NCBI GenBank assembly: GCA_964016885.1
Contig: OZ024753.1
Location: 11,470,001-11,534,000, forward strand
From: Eledone cirrhosa
Taxonomy: Eukaryota
DNA: 64,000 bases
Direction: 5' to 3'
This document shows positions 42,050-59,994 of the stretch, piece by piece (position 1 is the first letter of the stretch; each line of letters starts with the position of its first letter). Position numbers and translations under genes: made by a program. Under the pieces are notes generated by a model. That model made no database searches. It worked only from the letters and a program-made list of their open reading frames with translations, and was not told where the DNA came from.

Positions 42050-42767
42050 TTTTATTGACAACCGCGCCACCAAACATGTCGACAACAATAAAACTTTAAG
42101 CCTGCTCAAATAAATTCTATTTCTATATTTCTGCTGGATATAATCCAATGAAATTGATTCGTTGAACGGAAAATTTATGGTTTTTCTGTATTATTTCATA
42201 TGTATTTTCTTTTATTTATTGGTCTGCATAAAATTAAATATATCCTTACACAAAATGTATAGCATGAAAAAATGTTTTCACAGACATGTGAACAATTTTA
42301 GTTTATGGAGAATATTTACAAAGATTGCCTTATTTTCTTGCCTGATACGTTATTTTTGTTGTTGGTTTGCAATTTAGACATGAATCAGTAGACCTATGAT
42401 AAAGACAGCTTAACATCTGTGACAATCCCATATTGTATACTGCCAGAACGCATCTAAAACCACAGTCTGTGTACCTCTAGGGATTATACTTTTGAAGATA
42501 TTGCTGCCATTTCTAACAAGACGAAACATCACATTTCTTACTGTTCATATATGGTCGGAAGTAAACACCAAAAGGAAAGAAAGACAAAGTCGACAGTCAC
42601 GTGATTCGAAATCAGAGCATTGGTGGTCCGAACAAACAATGTAAGGCTTAGTCCTGCGATCTAACACCTCTCAATGCATTGCATATGTATGTGTGTGTAG
42701 TGATGAGACTTAGTATGTAAGGGAAGTAGATCGTATATATATTTATTTATTATAGGACAGATCAAAG

Positions 42768-42896
42768 TTTAAGCAAAGAATCGCTGCTTTCACATATTTA
42801 TTATTGCTATATATAGATATATATTGTTATACTTTGGGAGGGTCATGTTGCCAATATAGTAATAATAAATATGTGAAAGCAGCGATTCTTTGCTTA

Positions 42897-42900
<4 letters not shown>
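42768..42900. repeat. Inverted repeat (~45-bp arms) around a family D fragment
   Basis: AGTTTAAGCAAAGAATCGCTGCTTTCACATATTTATTA / TAATAAATATGTGAAAGCAGCGATTCTTTGCTTAAACT; the arm is also seen at 13762-13799. Confidence 0.8.
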
Positions 42901-42932
<32 letters not shown>

Positions 42933-42973
42933 CAAAATGTTAACAAATGAAAAATATTCGCATAATCAAAATA

Positions 42974-43043
42974 TATACTTTATTATATATATTTCAAAGG
43001 TTCTGTGCTGTTTTCTCAGTACGTCCTCATCAGACAAAATATA
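42974..43043 (-). ncRNA. Type I minimal hammerhead (family C), minus arm
   Basis: Inverted copy of 43151-43220 with one stem II mismatch. Confidence 0.7.
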
Positions 43044-43150
43044 TGATTTGATATATGACATACCGCTACGTTCTTGATTATTCAATTCCCGTATTGCCAA
43101 TACGGGAATTGAATAATCAAGACTGTAGCGGTATTTTATATATCAAATCA

Positions 43151-43220
43151 TATATTTTGTCTGATGAGGACGTACTGACAAAACAGCACAGTACCTTTGA
43201 AATATATATAATAAAGTATA
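43151..43220 (+). ncRNA. Type I minimal hammerhead (family C), plus arm
   Basis: TATATTTTGT-CTGATGA-GGAcGTACTG..CAGTACcTTT-GAAA-T-ATAT-A-TA-ATAAAGTATA; 10-bp stem I with GU pairs, AUA triplet, predicted cut after 43210. Confidence 0.75.
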
Positions 43221-43360
43221 TATTTTGATTATGCGAATATTTTTCATTTCTTAACATTTCAAATAATATTAAAAACTCCAGGAAAACCAACTGTTGAGTG
43301 CTTCTAATCTATTGTAAAACTGTATTCGTTGAGTAATCAACGTACCATATTAACCTTTGG

Positions 43361-43447
<87 letters not shown>

Positions 43448-44192
43448 AGGAATGAATGTGAAAATGTTCACGTCCGATTGATAGAATGTACATTTAGACG
43501 TATGTGTATATTTCCTAGCCAGTATGTATGTGTTTACGTTTTCATACGTCTATGTGTCAGTCTGGACTGTACAGATTCTTTCATTAATACTTCAGATATT
43601 TTCTTCAGCACTCACATTGTAATATCATTTTAAATTTAAACTTTGAAGAATTTACATTTATAACCATTCTTTAGCACATCTTTCTCTCCCCAAAGAATTG
43701 CTGAATATTGTACAGATAAATTCTAATCTATGATTTCTAAAATGAGACATCTTTCAAATAGATTGAAATTTAGAATATTCCCTCTTAGATTTAATAGCAT
43801 TTAATGCAAAAAAAAAAAAAGAAAAGAAAAGAAAAAAGAAAAGCATTTTCCAACTTCAGAATCTATTTATAATTTTTCAATACAGCCATATACTATTATC
43901 GAATTACCATTCACACCATCTATAGTTTTTTATTCTAACCAGATATATTTGACGACATCAAATGCCATTGACATTCCCGCCCGTAGCATCTCAATTGTTT
44001 CTTCTTTTGACACGCTGGGTAAACATTCAGTAAAGGAAATATTTTCAATTTAGTAATTTGGTTTTACAAATTTATTTTTGCTATTGTATCCTTGTAAACG
44101 TAAGGAAGAAGAGGTGAAGACAAAAGGAGAATTGAAAGAAAGAAGCACGCTTAATCTAACATAGAAGAGTGCATACACGATAGAATGGTGTC

Positions 44193-44256
<64 letters not shown>

Positions 44257-44261
<5 letters not shown>

Positions 44262-44360
44262 GTGTTAAACAATATTCAATGATTATGTCAAAGAATGAGT
44301 TTTACAGTAGATTGGAAGCACTCAACGGTTAAAAATAATTTTCTGGAGTTATTAATATTA
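44257..44360 (-). mobile_element. Family C tail fragment
   Basis: Matches 2285-2358. Confidence 0.7.
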
Positions 44361-44843
44361 AAATATAAATATTAATAATATATATTAATAATTAATAACA
44401 TATATTATTAATATTATATTTTAATATATATATATATATACACGTAAGTATGCATAGGTGTCAGCTGTGCTAGGGCCAGAAATAAATTTCTAATTATATA
44501 TATATATATACATCCGTATATATATATATATATATATATAGAGGAAGTTATAGTTCACTTGAAGCATTGTGTAATGAGGTATAAACGTTGGTATTTGTAA
44601 AGCCAAAATTCATGCTGTCAGCATGACTTGGCAAGCTATTTAGGACACTGGTTTAACCGCTTTACTTCCCTCCGAAGAAGGGATATTATCTCGAAAATTA
44701 AGGACATTTAAATAAATTTAAGGTAAAAGACTAATTGTCAACAATATCTTTTGCATTTGCATTTATATTCTATGTCCATACCTGCATCGTTTTGGCTTTA
44801 CAAATACAAACGTTTATATATATATATATATGTATATATATAT

Positions 44844-45554
44844 ACTTGTCCCAATAGCTTTATTTAGCTATTGCTCGCACCAACCGGAGGTATATGATTT
44901 TTAAAGCGATGAAATACCAATGAAGGTTGGAAAATCACTGATGAAGGACTATTTTTATCATAGTAACCCATGTGCAACCACGCAGTATTCATTCTTCTCA
45001 TGTTTATTATATATAATTTCCCCAGCTGCGTTTGTCTGTTTCTCTCTTACTGCTCCCCCCTCTCTCTGTTTCTCTCACCTTCTTTCGCCTCCTCTGTCAG
45101 TTACATTTTCTCTCGACTGGCCTCTTCCTCGCACTTCCACTCACTCACTCTCTGCTTCTCCCTTCTCACTTCCTCCCGTTTGGCCTGAAGTGGGGTCCTT
45201 TCTAGCTCACACCTCACTCGCGTCGCACGGTCTGTTGTCTCTCGCTCATGAAATCCACACAGCTTAAGCTGATGGGACTCCAATGTGCTTGTTTTTCCCT
45301 ATCTTTGCGTTGCTTTCCTTCTATGTTTGTTTTTTCCTATCTTTGCGTTGCTATCCTTCTATGTTTGTTTATTGTCTCGCTCGCTTTACGCGATTTACTT
45401 GTCTCAATAGGTTTATTTAGCTATTGCTCGCACCAACTGGAGGTATATGATTTTAAAGCGATGAAATACCAATGAAGGTGGAAAATCACTGATGAAGGAC
45501 AATTTTTATCATATGTAACCCATGTGCAACCACGCAGTATTCATTCTTCTCATG

Positions 45555-45557
<3 letters not shown>
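44844..45557 (+). mobile_element. Penelope-like element with ~160-bp direct repeats (553-bp period), in (TA)n
   Basis: 44844-45005 matches 45397-45557; CT-rich interior. Confidence 0.75.
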
Positions 45558-45629
<72 letters not shown>

Positions 45630-45993
45630 ATATATATATATATATAGTGAAATCGGGAGTTCTTGGGTCGATGCTTCATATTATCAAATATACTCAACAA
45701 ATTTTGATAGACTGTTTTGCAAGCAACCAGTTACTACTCCTCTCTCCTCTCTCTCCTACCCATCTCCTCATTCTCTACATTTTCCTGTCTATCTTTTACA
45801 GATAACCCTATAACCTAAATAGTCAGACAACGTCAATATTTTTAAAGTACCTTCTCGAGTTAGCCAAAAATTTAATAGAATTTCAGGACATTAAAACTTA
45901 CACTGCCGCACAGACACACATATATATATATACAAATATATACATATATATACAAATATATACATATATATACAAATATATACATATATACAT

Positions 45994-46036
<43 letters not shown>

Positions 46037-46037
<1 letters not shown>

Positions 46038-46209
46038 CAAAGGAAAAATAGTAAGGAACCAGGTGGCCATAACGCACCAAAGTACTCAATACTTAGGGTA
46101 GTAGAGTGGGTAATAGGAACAAGTAAGACCCCGACGGCTGCGCTCAAACCGTTTCGACGGCTAATTCTGAAAAGGCTTGCGCTCAGCCGTCGGGGTCTTA
46201 CTTGTTCCT
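46037..46209 (-). mobile_element. Penelope-like family B with fold-back
   Basis: Consensus match. Confidence 0.75.
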
Positions 46210-46302
46210 ATATATATATATATATATATATACAGAGCGTGAAACTAATAAACCTATGTTTGTACTGCCTCTCGGTTGGGTCTGCTCCCGTTCCATTTTT
46301 CA

Positions 46303-49945
<3,643 letters not shown>

Positions 49946-49971
49946 ACTTTTTAGTCCATATATATATATAT

Positions 49972-50304
49972 GTGTGACTTTTTAGTCCAGCCAGCGACTT
50001 GAAAACTCTGGTATAAACACTACACTTGTGACAATTATTGACACATAGTGCTGGGCCCATGGTACCATGTGATGACAAGTGCAGAGAGATCTCCAGATAT
50101 AAAGCAATGTCTGTGCTGTGAAGCTTTTATAGTGAGCAAAGACACTGCACAAAACCAGTCCCACTCTCTTAACCAAGATGATATTTACCAAAAAGAAGAA
50201 CAAGTCAACATCATTGGATACCATCAGGGTTGCAGGTGTTATATCAGAGTTTTCCTCCTCCTAGAATTCTGCCTTGACAAAGGCTAAGGGGTCATCTCTC
50301 CTGG
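49972..50304 (-). mobile_element. Internal fragment of the RTE-derived element
   Basis: Reverse complement of ~3107-3441. Confidence 0.9.
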
Positions 50305-50339
50305 TATACATATATATATATATACATATATATATACAC

Positions 50340-50394
<55 letters not shown>

Positions 50395-50411
50395 TACATA
50401 TATATATACAC

Positions 50412-50444
<33 letters not shown>

Positions 50445-51225
50445 CATATATACATATATACATATATACATATATATAAATATATATATATATATACATA
50501 TATACATATATACATATATACATATATACATATATATAAATATATATATATATATACATATATACATATATATACATATATACATATATATACATATATA
50601 CATATATATACATATATACATATATACATATATACATATATATAAATATATATATACATATATACATATATATACATATATACATATATATACATATATA
50701 CATATATATATACATATATACATATATATATACATATATACATATATATATACATATATACAGATATATACATATATATATACATATATACATATATATA
50801 TACATATATACATACATATATACATATATATATACATATATACATACATATATACATACATATATACATATATATATACATATATATATATACATATATA
50901 TATATACATATATAGATATATATATAGATATATATATACATATATATATATATACATATATAGATATATATATAGTTATATATATACATATACATATATA
51001 TATATATATATAGATATATACATATATATATATATACATATATAGATATATATATAGTTATATATATACATATACATATATATATATATATAGATATATA
51101 TATACATATACATATATATATATATATACATATATATATACATATATATATATATATACATATATATATACATATATATATACATATATATATACATATA
51201 CATATATATATACATATATATATAC

Positions 51226-51264
<39 letters not shown>

Positions 51265-51399
51265 CAGATATATATATACATATATAGATATATATATACG
51301 TACATATATATATGCATATATACATATATACATATATATATACATATATATATATATACATATATATATACATATATATATATACATATATATATATAC

Positions 51400-51479
<80 letters not shown>

Positions 51480-51801
51480 ACATATACATATATACATATA
51501 TATTCATATACATATATGTACATATATATATATATAATATATATATACATATATATAATATATATATATTATATATATATATGTATATATATATATTATA
51601 TAATATATATATATTATATATTATACATATATATATTATACATATATATATATAATATATATATATACATATATATAAATAATATATATATATATAATAT
51701 ATTTATATAATATATATATATACATATATATATATAATTTTTAAACATATATATATATAATATATATATATATATACATATATAATAAATATATATATAT
51801 A

Positions 51802-51865
<64 letters not shown>

Positions 51866-51953
51866 ATATATATATATATACATATATATATATAATATAT
51901 ATATATACATATATACATATATATATATATAATATATATATAGTCATATATAC

Positions 51954-52050
<97 letters not shown>
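50305..52050. repeat. (CATATA)n/(TA)n compound tract
   Basis: Direct observation. Confidence 0.97.
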
Positions 52051-52051
<1 letters not shown>

Positions 52052-52328
52052 GGTGGCTGCCAACTCGTTTTCGAGTACGGCCACTACTTTATATCCATGT
52101 AGGAGAACCCCTACCGATGCGCTGAACGAGTGTGTCTTTTTAGTCCAGCCAGCGACTTGAAAACTCTGGTACAAACACTACACTTGTGACAATTATTGAC
52201 ACATAGTGCTGGGCCCATGGTACCATGTGACGACAAGTGCAGAGAGATCTCCTGATATAAAGCAATGCCTGTGCCGTGAAGCTTTTATAGTGAGCAAAGG
52301 CACTGCACAAAGCCAGTCCCACTCTCTT
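52051..52328 (-). mobile_element. 3' fragment of the RTE-derived element, C2H2 finger intact
   Basis: Reverse complement of ~3243-3518; [25 protein letters not shown]. Confidence 0.9.
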
Positions 52329-52333
52329 GTGTA

Positions 52334-52364
<31 letters not shown>

Positions 52365-52899
52365 TATATATATATATATATATATAATATATATATACAT
52401 ATATATACATATATACATATATAAATATAATATGTATATATATACACACATATATATATATATCACGTTCTTTGCTGCTAACACATAAATGGCTACACGT
52501 AGAGAGAGATACATCAGAATTTACACACCAATATAGATAGACAAATTCATTTTATTACATTTTAGATATTCTGGAAAGGGAGGTGAGTGTATATTTAAAA
52601 AAAAAACAAACATATTCGTCTCATGATAAATGAGATGCCCCTCGATAATATGAAAAATAAATCGAACGAAAGAAATAGGGATAAAAATGACGGATATTTC
52701 AGCCGTTTTAAATAATTTCTTTCAGTAGTATGAAGGAGTGATATATATGATAGAGTTAAAAAACTATAAAACTAAAGAATAACAAACTCGGAAATGAGAA
52801 GTCACCTTCACGTTAAGTTACATTTTCCTCAATAAATAAAAAAAAAGGTGTGTGTATGTATATATATATGAGTGTGTGTGTCTGTGTTTGAATATATAT

Positions 52900-53017
52900 C
52901 TCTATATATATATATATATATACACACATATATATATATATAATTTATATATATATATACATATATATATATAATTTATATATATATATATATATATACA
53001 CATATATATATATAATT

Positions 53018-53049
<32 letters not shown>

Positions 53050-53385
53050 CATATATATATAATTTATATAATTATATATATATACACATATATATATAAT
53101 TCATATATATCTATATACATATATATATATATATACACACACATATATATATAATTTAGAATATATACACATATATATATAATTCATATATATATACATA
53201 TATATATATATACACACAAATATATATAATTTATATATATATACACACATATATATGTAATTTATATATATATACATATATATATACACATATATATATA
53301 AATTTTTATATATATATATATACATATATATAAACACATATATATATATAATTTATATATATATATATACACACGTATATATATA

Positions 53386-53434
<49 letters not shown>

Positions 53435-53511
53435 TATATAATTTATATATATATACACATATCTATATAATTTATATATATATATATATATACACACATA
53501 TATATATAATT

Positions 53512-53545
<34 letters not shown>

Positions 53546-53835
53546 TATATATATAATTTATATATATATATATATATATACACATATATATATAATTTAT
53601 ATATATATATATATATATACACATATATATGTAATTTATATATATATATATTTATAAGTTATATATATATATATAATTTATATGTATATATATAATTTAT
53701 ATATATATATACACATATATATATATAATTTATATATATATGTATATATATATAATTTATATATATATGTATATATATATATATGTATATATATATATAA
53801 TTTATATATATATATGTATATATATATATATAATT

Positions 53836-53879
<44 letters not shown>

Positions 53880-53936
53880 ATTTATATATATATATATATA
53901 TATATAATTTATATATATGAATATATATATATATAT

Positions 53937-53978
<42 letters not shown>

Positions 53979-54001
53979 TTTATATATATATACACACACA
54001 C

Positions 54002-54063
<62 letters not shown>

Positions 54064-54637
54064 TAGTGTGTGTATACATGTGCATGATTGTTTGTTTGCG
54101 TATCGTCTTCTATTAACCCTATTTGCTCCCTTGCAAGAAACGCATCCAGTGAAATGCTGTTGACAGGAAAGGGATTTTAGAGAAGATCTCAAGATTTACG
54201 GCCATTTTGACCCCGAATGATACACCAGGTCAAACTAACAACTATATATTTCATGATTGTTTAGTTATCTTATCGGCTCCATAATACATCACGTATACAT
54301 ACACACGCTCATGCAAACATATATATACTCACATATATATATACTTAAATACACGCATACATATATATACTTATATACACGCATACATATATAAACTTAT
54401 ATACGCGCATACATATATATACTTATATACACGCATACATATATATACTTACATACACGCATACATATATATACTTACATACACGCATACATATATATAC
54501 TTATATACACGCATACATATATATACTTATATACATATATATACTTATATACATATATATACTTATATACATATATATATACATATATATATATACATAT
54601 ATATATACATATATATATATATATACATATATATACA

Positions 54638-54669
<32 letters not shown>

Positions 54670-54852
54670 CATATACATATATATATATATACATATACAT
54701 ATATATATATATACATATATATATATACATATACATATATATATATATATATACATACATATATATATATATATATATACATACATATATATATATACAT
54801 ATATATATACACTTATATACACGCATTTATATATATATATATATATATATAT
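52900..54852. repeat. TA-derived minisatellites (CACATATATATATAATTTA; ATACTTATATACACGCATAC)
   Basis: Direct observation. Confidence 0.9.
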
Positions 54853-54968
54853 GAGAGGAAGTGAGGAACGGAGCGTCCTGACCCAGCATATGTACAAAGA
54901 AAAAAAAACCTGACTGATGGAGGTGGTAATTGATGTGTGATACTGAAGAAGGATTGTAGAAGGAAGAC

Positions 54969-54972
<4 letters not shown>

Positions 54973-55050
<78 letters not shown>

Positions 55051-55760
55051 GGAGAGAGAGAGGGAGAAATAGGGAGAGAGAGAGGGAGAGGGAGAGGGAG
55101 AGAGAGGGAGAGGGATAGGAGAAAGAGGGAGAGGGATAGGGAGAAAGAGGAGAGAGAGAGGGAGAGGGATAGGGAGAGAGATGGAGAGGGAGAGGGAGAG
55201 AGAGGGAGAGGGATATGGAGAAAGAGGGATAGGGAGAAAGAGGGAGAGAGAGAGGGAGAGGGAGAGAGAGAGGGAGAGAGAGAGGGAGAGGGAGAGGGAG
55301 AGGGAAAGATAGGGAGAGATAGGGAGAGTGAGGGAGAGGGAGAGGGATAGGGAGAGGGAGAGAAAGGGAGGGAGAGAGAGGGAGAGGGAGAGGGAGAAAT
55401 AGGGAAAGAGAGAGAGGGAAGTAGAGGGAGAGAGAGAGAGGGAGGGAGAGGGAGAGAGAGATGAGGGAGGGGGAGAGAGGGGGAGAGGAGGGAGAGGGAG
55501 AGAGAGAGGGAGAGGGAGAGAGAGAGAGAGAAAGAGGGAGAGAGAGAAAAGGAGGGAGGAGAGAGGGGGAGAAGGAGAGAGAGAGAGGGAGGAGAGAGGT
55601 AGCGGGAGAGAGAGAGAGGTAGAGGGAGGAGAGAGAGAGGTAGAGGGAGGAGAGAAAGAGAGTGAGAGAGGGAGGAGAGAAAGAGAGTGAGAGAGGGAGG
55701 AGAGAAAGAGAGTGAGAGAGGGAGGAGAGAAAGAGGGTGAGAGAGGGAGAGAGAGGTACA
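54973..55760. repeat. Polypurine (GA/GGA) tract
   Basis: ~790 bp almost all purine on the + strand. Confidence 0.95.
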
Positions 55761-55927
55761 GAGGGAACTGTCACTGTTAATATACCCTCTTAGGAAAAAT
55801 GGCGTTTGATATATTGTAAATGTCTATTACCAAAATGGCCGCACTAAAGAACGGTGACGCGAAAATATTTCTCAGAGAACACACACACTCGACACTCCCC
55901 CCCCCCCCCCCATATATATATATATAT

Positions 55928-56047
55928 AGGAATGTAGAGGAAACAATATAGAGGAAACAATATAGAGGAAGCAATAGAGGAATATAGAGGAAACAATATA
56001 CAGGAAACAATAGAGGAATATAGAGGAAACAATAGAGGAAACAATAG
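55928..56047. repeat. Short TAGAGGAAACAATA repeats
   Basis: About 9 degenerate copies. Confidence 0.85.
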
Positions 56048-56287
56048 CACCACTGACGATGTTGCAGATGTGCAACGAAAGATCTATATATATATGTGTT
56101 TGTGTCGATATTGTATCTGTATTATTTTTTACCGTTGGTCAGTCAATGGCAACATTTAGGTCCGAATAAATTAGATTACCGATATAAAAGACACAGAAGC
56201 GAGAAGCGAAAACCAACCAAACAGTGAGTGTGTTTTGTTATTAATTCTGGCAATATTACACAAATATGACCCTCCCCAAGTATAACA

Positions 56288-56341
<54 letters not shown>

Positions 56342-56467
56342 CTGTTTGCCAACTGACAGAGAAAGAAGGACAACCACAGACAGAGATATGAACTCTCCTA
56401 TCAAAATATGTATGTAAAAACTAATAATTTTTCCTCCCCTTTTTATTATTATTATTTGTATAAATAT

Positions 56468-56658
56468 GGGGCGGTGGATTGGCAGTATCGGCAGAGGGTC
56501 GCGCACCCTGCTTTCCAGCATAGTTACGTCTCTTTACGATCTGAGTTCAAATCCCGCCGAGATTGACTTTGCCTTTCATCCTTACGGGGTCGATAAAATA
56601 AAGTACCAGTAATGCACTGGGTAATTGCTGGCCTTGTGCCAAAAGTGGAAACAATTAT
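56468..56658 (+). mobile_element. SINE family 1
   Basis: Full-length consensus match. Confidence 0.9.
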
Positions 56659-56953
56659 TTGTATAAATATGGAACTTAACCATATTATGCATATCCGCAG
56701 TTGAAAAAGCATACAATGTTGAAACCGGTACCATTATTAAATGCGGAAATATCCACTTCATAAATAAATAAATGTTTTGATATTACACTGAAAGAATCTC
56801 TTCAGCATTTTCTTCTGAAAATATCTGTTTCCTTTCTACTATTTGTTGATATATATGTGAATACAGGATTCAATCGGGGCTAACCACAGTAAGTAAGGTA
56901 CTCGATACATTCGTGTTGATAATCAAATTCCTCTTATGTAATTCTCGCATCTA

Positions 56954-57385
56954 CAGGGTGGGTCAGAATTAATGACTCGCTTGTGAGTTATATTTCTTAA
57001 CATGCTTATTTTATTGTTATTTTATTGTTTTAATTTATTATTTTATTTCACAATGGCGGTGGATTGGCAGTATGAGTAGAGGGTCGGACTCCATGCTTTG
57101 CAGCATATATTTATCGCCCTTTATGATCTGAGTTCAAATCCTGCCGAGGTTAAATTTGCCTTTCAACTTTACGGGGTCGATAAAATAAAGTACCAGTAAT
57201 ACACTGGGATAATTGCTGGCCTTGTGCCAAAAAGTAGAAGCAATTATTTTATTTCTCAATAAGCTTAGTAGGTTTCTTAATTTAAATTTTTATTTCTTAA
57301 TATGCCTTACTGTTTTTTTAATTATTTTTTCTAAATTAATAGATCTATAAATAATCACGTGAGTCATAAATTCTGGCCCATCCTT
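56954..57385. mobile_element. Tc1/mariner-type MITE containing a nested SINE
   Basis: TA|CAGGGTGGGTCAGAATTAATGACTC ... GAGTCATAAATTCTGGCCCATCCTT|TA: ~25-bp TIRs with TA TSD. Confidence 0.8.
57054..57246 (+). mobile_element. SINE family 1 nested in the MITE
   Basis: Full-length consensus match. Confidence 0.9.
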
Positions 57386-57551
57386 TATACATATGTTAAT
57401 AAGATTCCAGTTTTCAAAAGCACCAGAAAACATTAAATGAATGAAAAACTTGGGGTCCGATATTAGCAAGTTTCAGCACCTAATAGCAACTTGTTGCAGC
57501 ATCCTATAAAACATGGTGTACCATAGCAACATGCTTTAACATCCTATAAAA

Positions 57552-57711
57552 AAGTCATGTCAGACTGAGAGTCCCCCGATGGCCACATGGGTCACATATG
57601 TGTTGCGTGAGGGCCACACACGACAACTAATTTTTTATATTTTATATTACGAAGATGAAACATGCTCACGCTGTAAAAACCTTTGGGCGGGCCGCATGTT
57701 TGACATGCCTG
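57552..57711 (-). mobile_element. Second, shorter copy of the hAT MITE
   Basis: Reverse complement of 26265-26483 with deletions; ends GGCCGCATGTTTGACATGCCTG. Confidence 0.8.
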
Positions 57712-57719
57712 TTTTAAAA

Positions 57720-58782
57720 CATGGGTTAACATAGCAACATGTATGAACATCCCATGAAACATGATGTACAAGAGTACTATGAAACAACCTCCTCCAAAAC
57801 ATGGTGTACCATAGCCACATGTATCAAAATCCCATGAAACATGATGTACCAGAGTACCATGTAACAACCTCCTACAAAACATGGTGTACCATAGCCACAT
57901 GTATCAAAATCGCATGAAACATGATGTACCAGAGTACCATGAAACAACCTCCTCCAAAACATGGTGTACCATAGCCACATGTATCAAAATTCCATGAAAC
58001 GTGATGTACCAGAGTACCATGAAACAACCTCCTCCAAAACATGGTGTACCATAGCCACATGTATCAAAATTCCATGAAACATGATGTACCAGAGTACCAT
58101 GTAACAACATCCTCCAAAACATGACGTACAAGAGTACCATGTAACAACATCCTCCAAAACATGGTGTACCATAACCACATGTATCAAAATCCCATGAAAC
58201 ATGATGTACAAGAGTACCATGTAACAACATCCTCCAAAACATGGTGTACCATAGCCACATGTATCAAAATGCCATGAAAGATGATGTACAAGAGTACCAT
58301 GTAACAACCTCATACAACACATGGTGTACTATAGCCACATGTATCAAAATCCCATGAAACATGATGTACAAGAGTACCATGAAACAACCTCCTCCGAAAC
58401 ATAGTGTACCAGAGCCACATGTATCAAAATCACATGAAACATGATGTACCAGAGTACCATGTAACAACATCCTCCAAAACATGATGTACCAGAGTACCAT
58501 GTAACAAAATCCTCCAAAACATGGTCTACCATAGCCACATGTATCAAAATCCCATGAAACATGATGTACAAGAGTACCATGTAACAACATCCTCCAAAAC
58601 ATGGTGTACTATAGCCACATGTATCAAAATCCCATGAAACATGATGTACAAGAGTACCATGTAACAACATCCTCCAAAACATGGTGTACCATAACCACAT
58701 GTATCAAAATCACATGAAACATGATGTACAAGAGTACCATGTAACAACATCCTCCAAAACATGGTGTACCATAGCCACATGT
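57720..58782. repeat. Minisatellite of two related 40-bp units (80-bp higher-order repeat)
   Basis: A: CATGGTGTACCATAGCCACATGTATCAAAATCCCATGAAA; B: CATGATGTACCAGAGTACCATGTAACAACATCCTCCAAAA. Confidence 0.95.
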
Positions 58783-58938
58783 TTCACCAGCCCAGAAAAG
58801 ATGATTTGTTAAATTAGAATTTCAGTATTGATTCGTTTCTGTTATACATATATTTACTCTTATGTGTTAACATAAACGGGAATGTATGTATACATATATG
58901 TATGTATATGCAAGCATAAATGTATGTGTGTGTTTGCA

Positions 58939-58988
<50 letters not shown>

Positions 58989-59048
58989 CATACATATGTG
59001 TGCGTGTGTTAATGTGTGTGTGCTTTTATATTTGTATGTATGTGTGTA

Positions 59049-59121
<73 letters not shown>

Positions 59122-59228
59122 GCATATATATATATATATATATATATTTATGCATATATGACGCTATATTCACTTATATATTATGAAATACTGTGTGCTA
59201 CTTGCTCATAATAATTTCTATACTTTTC

Positions 59229-59278
<50 letters not shown>

Positions 59279-59747
59279 GGGGGGGGAGAGAGTGACAGAG
59301 ACAGAGAGAGATAGAGAGAGATAGATAGAGAGATATACGGAAATATCTCCTACCCATATCATCTCATAAAAATTCATTGATGCAAACATCATCATCTCAC
59401 TATTTCTGACAGAATTTGCAGTTCAATATTTAAATATAGTAAGGGTTCCATCAGTGTCTTATCATTATTGATTTCATGTCCATATTTTTACTGTGATAAA
59501 TGAATGTTGTTGTGCAAACAATGAATCTGTAACTTTTATTGAAATGTAAAATATCTATTTACCAGGGTGCCTCGGTTGGAAAACATTCCATTCCTTGAGG
59601 TTGTTTACTGCTACATAAAAATGGAAGTTTTCCAGTGTTTGAGGCGTGGTTTATATAAATATAGAACTGTAGCAAAAGCTACTACATGCTCATACACCAG
59701 CCCCCAAACACACACAAACACACACGAACATACATATATATATATAT

Positions 59748-59932
59748 ATATAGATGAGATTCTACAGGACTAGAACTGTTTCATTCTTTAGAAATCATCA
59801 GATTCCTGATGATTTCTAAAGAATGAAACAGTTCTAGTCCTGTAGAATCTCATCTATATTAAAACTTTTATACTCTGCTATGTATTGAGTACCTTACTTA
59901 CTGTGGTTACCTCCGATTCAACCCGGAATAAC

Positions 59933-59935
<3 letters not shown>
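59748..59935 (+). mobile_element. Penelope-like family A fragment with a perfect ~54-bp-arm fold-back
   Basis: 59748-59801 is the reverse complement of 59806-59859 (4-nt spacer ATTC); tail shared with 12870-12985 and 56866-56910. Confidence 0.85.
59800..59850 (+). ncRNA. Type I hammerhead ribozyme (family A)
   Basis: AGATTC-CTGATGA-t-TTC-TAAA-GAA-t-GAAA-CAG-TTCTAGTC-CTG-TA-GAATCT; GUA triplet, predicted cut after 59844. Confidence 0.75.

Positions 59936-59993
<58 letters not shown>

Positions 59994-59994
<1 letters not shown>

Larger units (their letters stand above)
42925..43362 (+). mobile_element. Family C Penelope-like element forming a ~170-bp-arm palindrome centred at 43097
   Basis: GATTATTCAATTCCCGTATTG-C-CAATACGGGAATTGAATAATC at the centre; arms extend to ~42925 and ~43269. 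Confidence 0.88.

Noticed and set aside
55790-55850. YY1-like AAAATGGC motifs as a promoter
   Set aside because: Short motifs with no supporting transcript or gene context
57720-58782. CRISPR-like array or Cys/His-rich protein ORFs
   Set aside because: Both 40-bp halves repeat, and the 80-bp period shifts the reading frame
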